Made by a program: the position numbers and the translations under genes. Below the pieces are notes generated by a model. That model was not told the origin of the DNA, ran no database searches, and was given only the letters and a program-made list of their open reading frames with translations. A stretch of DNA of 64,000 nt from Candidatus Pacearchaeota archaeon (GTDB lineage: Archaea > Nanobdellota > Nanobdellia > Pacearchaeales > GW2011-AR1). The DNA lies in the NCBI GenBank assembly GCA_018221285.1, contig JAAOYJ010000024.1:13156-77155 (forward strand), given 5' to 3'. This document shows, piece by piece, positions 53,501 through 62,697 of the stretch (the stretch's first letter is position 1; each line of letters opens with the position of its first letter).

Positions 53501-55849
53501 TTAATTTTTAATTTCTTCTGAAATTCTTTTTTTGTATTCTTTAATCCTTTCTTCATTAGTAGGACATTCTGGGTTGAAACAGAAAGTCCAAGGTCTTTTA
53601 CCTTTTCTTAAACTCATTAACATTGGGAACTGACATTCTTCACAGATTTTCCTTGTTCTTTTGATCATTCCATGAGGGGGTAGAGAAAAAGTTGTTTTAC
53701 AATCTGGGTAAGCATCACAAGCAACAAATTGCCTTTTTGTTTTTCTAGAATAGGTAATTCCTAAATGACCTTTCTTACACTTTGAACAAGGGTTTAGTTT
53801 GTTCTCTTCTTTTTGTTGTTCTCTTAATTTGATGTTTGCTGATAAGAGTTCTTTTCCAATTTCTTTCTCGTGCTTTTCAAAATCTTTTGAAATGTCTGCA
53901 ATAGTTTTTTTGGCTTTATTGATTATTTTTTCTTCTTTCTCAAGGAAATTATTTTTGGCTTCTAGGATAGATCCCATATCGTTCTCGAAACTCCTTGTAA
54001 GTTCTTCGTCGATGATTATTGGAGAATATTTTTCGAGTGTTGCGATTAAGGACATCCCTAATGGGGTGGCTTCTATACTCTTTTCCTTAACATAGTTTCG
54101 ATCATAAAGTGTTTCAAGGATTGATGAACGGGTTGATTTTGTTCCAAGGTTCTTTTTTTCGAGCTGAGAGATTATCGAGGCAGGAGAATATCTTTTAGGA
54201 GGTTGAGTTTCTTTCTCTTCTGTTCTTGAATCTGTGATTTCAACTTCTCCATCAAAATCAGGAATTTCAACTTCTTTTAATTTAGAAGGATAGATTTCCA
54301 TCCATGCTTTTTTTCTTACAGAAGAACCGTTTGCCGCGAATAACAAATCATCTACTTTTGCAGAAACCCTTTTTTTATCGACTATTGCATCATCGCAAAA
54401 TAAAGATAGGAATCTCTTGACAATTAGATTGTATATTTTCTCGTCGTCTCCAGCAAGGATTTGGGTTTCTCCTGTAGGGTAGATTGAAGGATGGGCAGGG
54501 TCTGTTTTTTTACCCTCTAAAGGTTTTTGTTTTGTAATTAATTTTTCTACCTTATGTTGCTTTGCTATTTTCTTTAGAATTGTTTTATAATCGATTGAAG
54601 TTGGAAGTTTCTGGCTTGAGGTTCTTGGGTAAGAGATTAATCCTGTAAGATAAAGTGATTGGGCGGCCCTTAAAGTATTGGAAGGGGTTATTCCGTGGAA
54701 CTTGTAGGCTTCTGTTTGGAGAGTTGTTAGATTGAATGGGGGGTTTGGAGGGATGATCTGTTCTGTTTTTTTAGTTGAGGCTGTTGTTGTTTGTCCTTTA
54801 ATGTTCTCAAATTTAGATAAATCTTTTTTGTCGAAGAGGTCTTTATTGTGTTTTAGTTCTAATTTATTTTTTCCATCTGAAATTGTTGCGAAAACTTGCC
54901 AATAAGGTTCTGATTCGAATGCCTGGATTTCTCGTTCTCTTTTGACAATTAAATTAAGAGCTGGTCCTTGGACTCTTCCGATTGACATGATCCTGAACTT
55001 CCCTGTTGTCTTTATGGCATTCATTAAAGCACGAGACAAATTTATTCCATAGAACCAATCAAGGTAGTGTCTTGTTTCTCCTGCAATTGCTTGGCCCCAA
55101 CTTATATGTTTTGATTTTTTATCATAAGCTTTGTTGAGTTCTGGAGAAGTCAGAGTTGAGAATTTCATTCTGCTTGCGTCCTTTTGGCCTGCCACGAATC
55201 TTACAACATTCAATCCAATTACTTCCCCTTCAATATCAAAGTCTGTTGCCACTGTCAGGCTTCCTGCATTTTTCGCCAAACTTAATAATGTAGTGTAGTA
55301 TCTTTTTGAGAAATCTTTTTTCCTTACTAAATAATTCGGGAACCAACTCACGTCAAATTCAGGTACTGCTGAACCGGGCTTGTTTTGCTTTAAGGCGAAC
55401 AAATGACCGACAGCGCAAGCAACGATTATTTTTCTGCCTTCCCTATCGATTTCGTAATATGAAACTTTGTTGAGGATTTTTTGTTTTGGGGTTCCTAGTG
55501 CAGAAGCAATTTTTGTAGCTGCTTGAGGTTTTTCTGTAATGATTAGTTCATAACCGTCTTTTTTTAGGTTTATCTTTGGGATTGAATAGGTAATTTTCTT
55601 CTTAGCCGATTTCTTTTTAGAAACCATTTTTTTCCTAGCCTTTTTCTTTGGTTTCTTGGTAGTAATTTTCTCAACAGTCTCAAGAGATTTTCTATCTGGT
55701 TTTTTATATTCTTTTTCAATTGTTTTTTTAAAATCTACAAGAGGTTCTTTAACTTCCTTAAGGGTTGCCCTATCTAAATCATCTTCATCCATTGGAAAGT
55801 ATTCCTCAGCGACTTTCTCTTCACGGGATTTTTTTTGTTTTTTTGGCAT
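53501..55849 (-). CDS. topA: DNA topoisomerase I (type IA) with C-terminal zinc ribbons
   Basis: Toprim ELIITEKPQAA, DFDIEGE, active-site region ISYPRTSSQ, and C-terminal CSKC...CDAYPDC and CEEC motifs. Confidence 0.95.
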   Translation of the reverse strand: MPKKQKKSREEKVAEEYFPMDEDDLDRATLKEVKEPLVDFKKTIEKEYKKPDRKSLETVEKITTKKPKKKARKKMVSKKKSAKKKITYSIPKINLKKDGYELIITEKPQAATKIASALGTPKQKILNKVSYYEIDREGRKIIVACAVGHLFALKQNKPGSAVPEFDVSWFPNYLVRKKDFSKRYYTTLLSLAKNAGSLTVATDFDIEGEVIGLNVVRFVAGQKDASRMKFSTLTSPELNKAYDKKSKHISWGQAIAGETRHYLDWFYGINLSRALMNAIKTTGKFRIMSIGRVQGPALNLIVKREREIQAFESEPYWQVFATISDGKNKLELKHNKDLFDKKDLSKFENIKGQTTTASTKKTEQIIPPNPPFNLTTLQTEAYKFHGITPSNTLRAAQSLYLTGLISYPRTSSQKLPTSIDYKTILKKIAKQHKVEKLITKQKPLEGKKTDPAHPSIYPTGETQILAGDDEKIYNLIVKRFLSLFCDDAIVDKKRVSAKVDDLLFAANGSSVRKKAWMEIYPSKLKEVEIPDFDGEVEITDSRTEEKETQPPKRYSPASIISQLEKKNLGTKSTRSSILETLYDRNYVKEKSIEATPLGMSLIATLEKYSPIIIDEELTRSFENDMGSILEAKNNFLEKEEKIINKAKKTIADISKDFEKHEKEIGKELLSANIKLREQQKEENKLNPCSKCKKGHLGITYSRKTKRQFVACDAYPDCKTTFSLPPHGMIKRTRKICEECQFPMLMSLRKGKRPWTFCFNPECPTNEERIKEYKKRISEEIKN

Positions 55850-55855
55850 TTTTAG

Positions 55856-56006
55856 ATTCGCTAGCGCTCATAATTAATGGCTCACAACTGGCCCTGCCAA
55901 GTTTTTCGCTTAGAATACTGTTAAGTCGATATCAGATTCTTTCGCGGGGAAATCTGACAGAGTCGATTTCTGAGCAACTAATCTCGAGCAAAGCGAGTTA
56001 ATTACT
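55856..56006 (+). repeat. mosaic intergenic repeat, copy M (expanded, highly structured)
   Basis: TTAATGGCTCAC...TTCGCTTA (as in copy H), GTTAAG...CTGAGCAACTAATC core variant interrupted by a CAGATT-loop-AATCTG hairpin, and the terminal CTCG-AGCAAAG-CGAG hairpin + GTTAATTAC. Confidence 0.6.
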
Positions 56007-56082
56007 AGTTTTAATTGAGAAGAAGGGTTTTTATTATTTTGTATTACCTAAATTCTTATAAAACTTGATTTTGAATTATGAG

Positions 56083-56415
56083 ATGGTTAGTAGGAAATTT
56101 AGAAAAGGATGGAAAGTTAGTACTAAAAGTTTGTTTGAGAGTTGTGTGGAAGAAGTTAATGTAGTGGATTTATCAAGTTGTATTGGAAGTGATTGTATAG
56201 ATTTTCCTTGTGGAGATTCAAAATATGCTATTGCGATGAGGAAATATAAAAGATTAATCAAATCAAATTCAAGATTATCTCCTGATGCTGTTTGGGCTTA
56301 TCTTGAAGGGGATAATCTCCAAGGAGATAATGAAGAACCAAAAGAAGGTAATAATTATTCCAAAGTTCCTGGGAATTGCTTTAGGAAACTAAATCCAGTT
56401 GATGATGGATTTTGA
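56083..56415 (+). CDS. hypothetical protein (110 aa)
   Basis: ORF track; ATG 56083 preferred over TTG 56065. Confidence 0.4.
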   Translation: MVSRKFRKGWKVSTKSLFESCVEEVNVVDLSSCIGSDCIDFPCGDSKYAIAMRKYKRLIKSNSRLSPDAVWAYLEGDNLQGDNEEPKEGNNYSKVPGNCFRKLNPVDDGF

Positions 56416-56422
56416 TTAAATC

Positions 56423-57280
56423 TTAAAAAACTTTATCTATTTCCTGTAACCTCTTCCTTGAATCTATTGATTTATTAAATAAATTCCAGAAAATTTTTGA
56501 TAGCCATCCTGACCATTCTTTATCCTTTATTGTGTAGAATATGAATATCTTTTTATCAAGTTCTTTTATCTTTCCAGTTGGTTCTTTTATCTTTCCAGTT
56601 GGTTCTTTTATCTCTTTTATCCTAAAAAATTTGTTATCAACTATAAATGCTCTTAGAGGATGTTCTCTGTGTCTGATTTCTATATTTTCTTTTCCATGTT
56701 TGAAATTCAAGGAAAGCAGTTTCTCTATGTTCTTTTTTCCTATAATATCTACTCTGCAGATTACTTTAATGTTTATACCTTTTTTGACAAGTTCTTCTAT
56801 TGTTTTGAAGATGTTAACATTACCTTTTTTTAGATTTATGAATGAGAGATTTCCAGAAAAGATAAGAAGCTGTTTTTTAGTTGCTTTGAGAAGATTATCT
56901 AGTTCTTTTAGTTTAGTTAGGCTTTCATCAGAAGTTTTTTCAATACTAGCTTTTTTGTTTTTGTCTGGAATATGCTGGAAGATATCAAAAGCTGAGAAGT
57001 CCTCCTTTTTTCTTGCTGTTTTGATTTCTTCTTCAAGTTTTTCTTGGAAGATAGAACTACTAACTTTTTCCATAGAAGCCCAATAAACTATTTTTAGTGC
57101 TCCTCTTGTGCCTCCTCTAAAAATCCTTGTTGCAAGAATTCCAAATTCTTTTTCTATTTGTTGAATATACCTGTCTGCTGTTCTCCAATTCTTTCCTATG
57201 TGGTTTGCTATCTCTTGTATACTCCTTGGTTTTGTATAAACAAAGTCCCCTATTTTCTTTATTGTTTTACTATCGAGCAT
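56423..57280 (-). CDS. wHTH regulator-like protein (TrmB-like architecture, tentative)
   Basis: N-terminal PRSIQEIANHIGKNWRTADRYIQQIE is HTH-like. Contains the duplicated heptapeptide KEPTGKI. Confidence 0.4.
   Translation of the reverse strand: MLDSKTIKKIGDFVYTKPRSIQEIANHIGKNWRTADRYIQQIEKEFGILATRIFRGGTRGALKIVYWASMEKVSSSIFQEKLEEEIKTARKKEDFSAFDIFQHIPDKNKKASIEKTSDESLTKLKELDNLLKATKKQLLIFSGNLSFINLKKGNVNIFKTIEELVKKGINIKVICRVDIIGKKNIEKLLSLNFKHGKENIEIRHREHPLRAFIVDNKFFRIKEIKEPTGKIKEPTGKIKELDKKIFIFYTIKDKEWSGWLSKIFWNLFNKSIDSRKRLQEIDKVF
56561..56613. repeat. 21-nt tandem repeat, about 2.5 units (TTCTTTTATCTTTCCAGTTGG)
   Basis: Two perfect units plus 11 nt of a third, in frame. Encodes KEPTGKIKEPTGKIKE on the minus strand. 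Confidence 0.85.
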
Positions 57281-57385
57281 AATTTAATAAATCCTTTGGA
57301 ATATTTAAGTATTTTTATTATGTACAACACTATGGACATTTTTTGTGCAGTAAAGAGTATATAGTTTACAAGTCATATAATATAT

Positions 57386-58159
57386 ATGATATTTGATTCC
57401 CAATTCTTAACAAAAGATGATCTGAAAGATTTGAAAAAAGACACCTGTGTTTTTTGTGATTATAAATTCAATATTAAGAAAGTTAGAGAAGAGGTAGGAG
57501 AAGAGTGGTTTGGGAGCCATGGTTATGAACATACAGCCAAGGTTTTGTATAAATCATATTTAATCTCAGATTTAAATCTCTATACTTTTAATTTTGAATT
57601 TGATGAAACAACTAAGGATTATTTTAAATCTAAAGAAACTGAACTTGTTGAGAAAATTAAGAGAGAAAAAGAGGAAGAATCTCCAAGATTGAGAAAAAAG
57701 CTTGAAGATAAGTTTTCACAGTATGACTTATCTGGGGAAGAAGCTAGGATAGCTGTAGATTCTATTATTAGAGATTATTTATCTGAGCTAAATCAAGAAG
57801 GTTTTTCCTCACAATCTCCTTTAGAAAAAAGAATTGAGAAATTATTTCATAATTTACAATTAGGAGATTTGAGGTTGGTCTTTAAAGATGGAGGGGACCC
57901 ATATAACTATAAAACTAAAAGAGTAAGTTTTAGTCCAAGAGGATTGAAGACTCATAAAACTTGTTGGCCGTTTTCTAGTTTTGATGATCCAACTTCTTTT
58001 AATGTGAAATTTCAGGAATTTTTTAAGTATCTTGAACAGAATCCAAGATTTGAAAATTATGAATCTTTATTTGAAGAATTTCCTGATTTATGGGAAGAGA
58101 TATTAGAATTGGATATTACATTAAACGCAAAAACCTATAATCCTGTGGACCATTTATAA
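57386..58159 (+). CDS. hypothetical protein (257 aa)
   Basis: ORF track; no motif. Confidence 0.45.
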   Translation: MIFDSQFLTKDDLKDLKKDTCVFCDYKFNIKKVREEVGEEWFGSHGYEHTAKVLYKSYLISDLNLYTFNFEFDETTKDYFKSKETELVEKIKREKEEESPRLRKKLEDKFSQYDLSGEEARIAVDSIIRDYLSELNQEGFSSQSPLEKRIEKLFHNLQLGDLRLVFKDGGDPYNYKTKRVSFSPRGLKTHKTCWPFSSFDDPTSFNVKFQEFFKYLEQNPRFENYESLFEEFPDLWEEILELDITLNAKTYNPVDHL

Positions 58160-58762
58160 CTAAATCTCAATAATCTTCCCTTTTCTTCCGACATTAATCA
58201 CCTTTGTTTTTCCTATTTTTTCTTCTATCCCTTCTGCTTCGTGGATGTGTCCTGCGAGGAATATGTCTGGTTTGAATTGTTCAATTGCTTTTCTTACCCC
58301 TGTGCTTCCACGAACTCCTGAGAATTCTGCCTTTGTGTTGGCAGCGTGAAGATGACTTACCATGATTTTCTTTTCTAAATCTTTGATTTTCTCGAATTCT
58401 TTTTTTAATTTTGCGAATGCTTTTTTCTCATTGAGATCTAATTGCCAGTCAGCACTTCCTATTCCAAAGACTCCTAGATTTCCGTATTTTACATAATGAT
58501 TTCCGACATTTTTTACCCCATAGAGTTTTGACAGAAATTCTGCTGTTTCAGAAGTATCCCAGTTTCCAGGAACAAATATTACTTTTTGATTTTTGTCTAT
58601 GAAAGGTTTCAATAGATTGTCTGAATCAAAAGGCCCTGTTATATCTCCTGCGAGTATAACTAAGTCTACTTTTTCCTTTTCAGCTTTCTCAGCTAGCTTT
58701 TTTGCAATTGTACTATTTCCATGGAAATCTCCTGCAGCGAGGATTTTTGTTTTTTTATTCAT
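58160..58762 (-). CDS. metallophosphoesterase (YfcE/MJ0936-like)
   Basis: ILAAGDFHGN, AGDITG, GNWD, SHLH and GHIHE motifs. Confidence 0.8.
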   Translation of the reverse strand: MNKKTKILAAGDFHGNSTIAKKLAEKAEKEKVDLVILAGDITGPFDSDNLLKPFIDKNQKVIFVPGNWDTSETAEFLSKLYGVKNVGNHYVKYGNLGVFGIGSADWQLDLNEKKAFAKLKKEFEKIKDLEKKIMVSHLHAANTKAEFSGVRGSTGVRKAIEQFKPDIFLAGHIHEAEGIEEKIGKTKVINVGRKGKIIEI

Positions 58763-58933
58763 ATATTCTAATAGCCATATTACTTAATAAATATTCTGAA
58801 ATGGATATTGTGACATATTTTTACTCATATATAGGAACGAAAATATATATCCCAAAACATTTAAAAGGACAACACTGTCTGAATATATACATTAAAACAC
58901 ATATATCTACATCACATATGTTCAGTAAATAAA

Positions 58934-59200
58934 ATGAAAGACAATTTTGACATCTTTTTCAGGAGAAAGCCGGCTTTGATGTTGGTTTCTTTGAAGAAGA
59001 ATTTAAGAATAAGATATGGTAGTCTTTTGGCTAAGGAAGTGGATTGCACTTATAGCCACGCAGTAAAGATTCTGCAGACTTTGGAAGTTCTGAAATTAGT
59101 TGAGTTTGAAAAAAAGGGGCGAATAAAACTAATTAGGTTGACCAAGAAAGGTCGAGAAGTCTCAGATGCGATTGAGAATATTCAGAAATTAATCAAGTGA
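58934..59200 (+). CDS. small winged-helix DNA-binding protein
   Basis: YGSLLAKEVDCTYSHAVKILQTLEVLKLVEFEKKGRIKLIRLTKKG is a typical wHTH. Confidence 0.5.
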   Translation: MKDNFDIFFRRKPALMLVSLKKNLRIRYGSLLAKEVDCTYSHAVKILQTLEVLKLVEFEKKGRIKLIRLTKKGREVSDAIENIQKLIK

Positions 59201-59267
59201 TTATAATTCTGTTAAAGACGCCCCTTGAAATGAAGAGATAGTAGTGGGTACGCTGAGATATCAGTAG

Positions 59268-59277
59268 TTTTTTAAAC
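59268..59277 (+). promoter_or_regulatory. TATA-like box TTTTTTAAAC for tRNA-Lys
   Basis: Centred about 28 nt upstream of the tRNA 5' end. Confidence 0.4.
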
Positions 59278-59300
59278 TTCTTCCTTTAATATTAATTAAT

Positions 59301-59416
59301 GGCTCTGTAGCTCAGCCTGGTCAGAGCACTAGACTCTTATGCACGACATGTCGTACGTTCTTTACGAGTGTCGCAAAGAAATCTAGGTGTCGGGGGTTCA
59401 AATCCCTCCAGGGCCA
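59301..59416 (+). tRNA. tRNA-Lys (CTT) with an intron of about 40 nt in the anticodon loop
   Basis: Manual fold: acceptor GGCTCTG/CAGGGCC (one G-U pair), D-arm GCTC-AGCCTGGTCA-GAGC, anticodon stem CTAGA/TCTAG, loop CTCTTAT, T-arm GGGGG-TTCAAAT-CCCTC. Confidence 0.8.
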
Positions 59417-60078
59417 TGTTTGTTTATGACTTCTAAAAGTTCTTCAATAGAATTAGTGTTAAACTGGGCGAGATTATGAACATTGGCATTAAAAGAGATG
59501 CTCACATCCGAATTATCTAACATTGTTTTATCTCCTAGGCTGTGGCCAATTCCAATTACTTTATGATTCTTTTTTAGTTCTTTAATGATATGTCCTTTAA
59601 GTTTATCTGAGATTACGAGTTGTGTGCCAGTTATTTTAGTGTTACCAAATATAAACTCTCCTGCGATTATGTTTCTTGAGTCAAAATCTATTTCACCTAG
59701 TTTAGCTTCGCAAATGTCTTTCATTCCAGAACTGATGAAAATCACAGAGTAATCTTTAGTTAGTTGTTTTATTAATTTATCAAACCCTTCTACCCAAGGA
59801 GTTTCTTCCACAATGTTATCGCGTAATTTTTTATATTCTTTTAGGTCATGCTCCCAGAACAAACTATTAAGATAACCTATTTCTTCAAATGAACAAGGGA
59901 TATATTTCTCTAATTCTTTTTTATCAATTGTTCCTGCTATTTTTTGAGTAACTTTTCTTACAAGATGAATTGGTATAGCAAGTTCATCAAAATCAAAAGC
60001 TAAGACAACCTTGTGTTTAAGGTTAAGTTCAGAAATTCTTTTATCTAAGAGTTTTAAGTTTTCTTCTTTAGTAAGCAT
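59398..60078 (-). CDS. HAD-superfamily phosphatase
   Basis: Motif I VLAFDFDE (DxD), motif II ISSG, and the GIGHSLGDKTML motif III/IV region. ATG 60078 preferred over TTG 60126. The last 19 nt are antisense to the tRNA-Lys 3' end. Confidence 0.6.
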   Translation of the reverse strand: MLTKEENLKLLDKRISELNLKHKVVLAFDFDELAIPIHLVRKVTQKIAGTIDKKELEKYIPCSFEEIGYLNSLFWEHDLKEYKKLRDNIVEETPWVEGFDKLIKQLTKDYSVIFISSGMKDICEAKLGEIDFDSRNIIAGEFIFGNTKITGTQLVISDKLKGHIIKELKKNHKVIGIGHSLGDKTMLDNSDVSISFNANVHNLAQFNTNSIEELLEVINKHGPGGI

Positions 60079-60128
60079 GTATGAACGTAAACAGTAAAAC
60101 TTAAAAACGTGTTGATTTTCATTCAATC

Positions 60129-60470
60129 ATGACTTTAAGGTTTTGTCACAAATGCAAAACTTTACAGAGACCCCGAAAAAAAGACGGGAAGATTATTTTT
60201 GATTGTTCTAAGTGTGGATTTTCTGAAGTTATTGACGAGAAAGATCATGTGATTACAAGTGAGAAAATGAAGAAGCCTGAGAAAAGAGGAAAGGGTTCTG
60301 TGGAGGATAAGGATGTGTTTGCAACGTATGAACATGTTTGTGAAAAGTGCGGGTATGATAAAGCAGAAGTAATAGATATGGGGATATTTTATTCAGATGA
60401 AGATAATTTGATTTTACTTAAATGTGGTAAGTGTGGTTGGTCTGAAAGGATTGGTCGGAAGGTATCTTAG
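60129..60470 (+). CDS. TFS/RpoM-like two-zinc-ribbon protein with a non-canonical acidic loop
   Basis: N-ribbon FCHKC...CSKCG. C-ribbon CEKCG...FYSDEDNLILLKCGKCGWSER, where canonical TFS has QTRSADE. Confidence 0.6.
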   Translation: MTLRFCHKCKTLQRPRKKDGKIIFDCSKCGFSEVIDEKDHVITSEKMKKPEKRGKGSVEDKDVFATYEHVCEKCGYDKAEVIDMGIFYSDEDNLILLKCGKCGWSERIGRKVS

Positions 60471-60566
60471 TCCCGCCCACCCACCCGTGGGGCGCTGACG
60501 CGCCAGTTGTTAATGAATTAGCTTCGCATAATCGTTTGAGTAACTTAACCTGTTTTTTGTTAATTA
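60471..60566 (+). repeat. mosaic intergenic repeat, copy K
   Basis: CCCAC-CCACCC-GTGGG hairpin, GGCGC-TGAC-GCGCC hairpin, AGTTGTTAATGAATTAGCTTCGCATAATCGTTTGAGTAACTTA, TTTTTTGTTAATTAC. Confidence 0.85.
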
Positions 60567-60598
60567 CTTTTTATTTCGAGCCTAAGGCGAGCAATTGT

Positions 60599-60907
60599 TT
60601 ATCTATATTCTCTCCAGGTGTGATTGCACTTTGTGCATTTGAAGAATTTAGTTTCTGCTTCGTCTCCTGCTCTTGTTTGAACAGTCCAGAAATAAGCATG
60701 TTTATTTTTGCACTTCTCGCAATCTTCCTTAACAATCGGTCTGACTTCAGAATCTTTTTCTTTTACCACAGTGATTTCTTTTTTATCATTAATCTTTTCG
60801 GAGATTATTACTTTTACTTTTTCTTTAGAAGAATAACTACATCGAGGGCATTTGCTTCCTTTCCCCCCTGACATCAAAATCGCACCGCACTTTGGACAAA
60901 ATTCCAT
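60599..60907 (-). CDS. tfs: transcription factor S (TFS)
   Basis: N-ribbon FCPKCG...CPRC. C-ribbon CEKC...WTVQTRAGDEAETKFFKCTKCNHTWRE with the canonical acidic hairpin. Confidence 0.85.
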   Translation of the reverse strand: MEFCPKCGAILMSGGKGSKCPRCSYSSKEKVKVIISEKINDKKEITVVKEKDSEVRPIVKEDCEKCKNKHAYFWTVQTRAGDEAETKFFKCTKCNHTWREYR

Positions 60908-60974
60908 ATTAAGATTAACACCTCATAAGCTAGGTACTTTTGTTCAGGTTGGTTTAAAAAGTTTTGGTTTATAT

Positions 60975-61080
60975 TGCTCGCTTCGCTCGGGATGAATGGC
61001 TCCGCGCCAGACTTTGTCGAGGCGCTTCACGAGAAGAAGTTGTTAATGGGATAGCTTCGCATAATCTGTTGAGTAACTTA
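60975..61080 (+). repeat. mosaic intergenic repeat, copy L
   Basis: CTCGCTTCGCTCGG, ATGGCTCCGC + GCGCC-AGACTTTGTCGA-GGCGC hairpin + CTTCACGAGAAGAAGTTGTTAATGGGATAGCTTCGCATAATCTGTTGAGTAACTTA. Confidence 0.85.
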
Positions 61081-61085
61081 ATCTA

Positions 61086-61796
61086 CTATTTCCTACAAAC
61101 AATCGTTATATCTTTAGGCAACCCAATTCTGTACTTGAAATAAGGAATCTTTTTTACTAATGATGGAGATGGTCTTGGTTCCTTAAGAGAGGTTATTACA
61201 AATCCTGCTTTTGTTAGAGAATCAAAATAGTCTTCGAAAGTCCAATGATAATCTTTAAAACTGATTAATGAACCGTCTACTTGTTTTGCATATGCAATCA
61301 TTTTTGCACCACTCATAAAGTAATGGAATCCCTTCGGTAGTTTGAATCTAGCATGGGTGATTGGATCAAAAGGGTGCATATCGCTAATAAATAATCTGCC
61401 ACCTTTTTTAAGAATCCGATAAGCCTCTTGAAACAATTTATTAATCTTAGTTTTAGATGGAATCTCTAGTAAGGCATAGATGATTACTGCGATGTCATAT
61501 CTGTTTGATTTTATTTTTTTAAGGTTTGTAAAGTCCCCTTTAAGATATTTGATTCCAAGAGATTTTCTTCCCTCTTCCTTTCTTGCAAGAGCCAATTGAT
61601 TTTCAGAGATATCTACTCCTGTGCAATCCGCCCCTCTTTGTGCAAAAAGTCTTGTCCAATATCCGCTACCACATCCGATATCAACCAATCTCTTTCCTTT
61701 TAAATTTCCAAGTTCTTTTAATGTATGTGGTTTTCTCAAGAATTCTTTACTATGCTCCGCTTTTGTGAATTTTTTACTATGTTTCTTTGTCCACAT
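61086..61796 (-). CDS. class I SAM-dependent methyltransferase
   Basis: Motif I LVDIGCGSGYW, followed by the post-I D (GVDISE). Confidence 0.8.
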   Translation of the reverse strand: MWTKKHSKKFTKAEHSKEFLRKPHTLKELGNLKGKRLVDIGCGSGYWTRLFAQRGADCTGVDISENQLALARKEEGRKSLGIKYLKGDFTNLKKIKSNRYDIAVIIYALLEIPSKTKINKLFQEAYRILKKGGRLFISDMHPFDPITHARFKLPKGFHYFMSGAKMIAYAKQVDGSLISFKDYHWTFEDYFDSLTKAGFVITSLKEPRPSPSLVKKIPYFKYRIGLPKDITIVCRK

Positions 61797-61826
61797 AAAC
61801 TCTAAAGGAAATAATGATTTATTAAA

Positions 61827-62489
61827 TTATCTTTCATCACAAAAACCTTTTTCTGATACTGGGCGAGAGGGTTCGTAGAAAGCTAATTTTAGCCAGCCTA
61901 TATAAGGAAGTCTTATTGGCAGCGCTTTTCCGACAAGTTGTTCAGATGAGATTTCTTTTTCAATACTTAATTGTCCATTGTTATTGTCTCCGATTGTTGA
62001 GAATGTATATTTGCCTTCGGTGTTTTCTATGGTTCTTATCCGATGGATGATTGGATTATTTCTGCCTGCATTGAAGATTATCACATCACCGACTTCTAGT
62101 TTTTCAGGTTTTGCTCCGACGATGAATAATATGTCTCCTTTGTTGAATCCGTTTTTGAATGCAAAGTCTCTAAAGTCAAGATCGTTTATTATGTAAGGAG
62201 CATATTTTGATTCGTGTTTATCCCACCATCCATCGAAGTTTGAGAATACGTTTCCGTCGTGATACATGCTGCATGATTCTACAATTGCGAGAGGTAATGA
62301 GGTTCCAGTCACTAAACTCAGTACAGGAAAGAAAATGAATTTAATGAATATGAATATAATTATGATTGAAACTACCCATCCTTGAGGGCTATCGTCTTTC
62401 CATGCGAAGTACCAAAATGCTCCGAGGAAAGTTATTATTGCTTTCCAATATTTTTCCAAAGATTTTTTTAGATCACCTTTCTTTTTCAT
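61827..62489 (-). CDS. signal peptidase I, archaeal/Sec11 type
   Basis: N-terminal TM, Ser box VESCSM, GDVIIFNAG...PIIHRI His box, and the GDNN box. Confidence 0.7.
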   Translation of the reverse strand: MKKKGDLKKSLEKYWKAIITFLGAFWYFAWKDDSPQGWVVSIIIIFIFIKFIFFPVLSLVTGTSLPLAIVESCSMYHDGNVFSNFDGWWDKHESKYAPYIINDLDFRDFAFKNGFNKGDILFIVGAKPEKLEVGDVIIFNAGRNNPIIHRIRTIENTEGKYTFSTIGDNNNGQLSIEKEISSEQLVGKALPIRLPYIGWLKLAFYEPSRPVSEKGFCDER

Positions 62490-62697
62490 GAGAGAAAGAA
62501 GAGATGAGGTTTTTTAAAATATATGTTTGAGTGGATAAATTCTTTTAAAGATAAGTTGGGTGAGTTAGTTAATTTTAAATATTCTCTTTTACTATACTTA
62601 TAATGGATACTAATTTAATTTTACTCCTTTTAGCTTTATTTTATTTTTTAATAATTTTAATTCCTTTACTTAGGAAAAAACCACGAAGAAGATAACG

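Noticed and set aside
56561-56613. The tandem repeat, or any other locus, as a CRISPR array.
   Set aside because: Only 2.5 contiguous units without spacers, located inside a CDS. No repeat-spacer architecture or cas genes occur anywhere in the window.
62603-62695. 30-aa hydrophobic micro-ORF (MDTNLILLLLALFYFLIILIPLLRKKPRRR) in the gap before 62698.
   Set aside because: It is plausible as a membrane micro-protein, but it is too short and AT-driven to support without conservation data.
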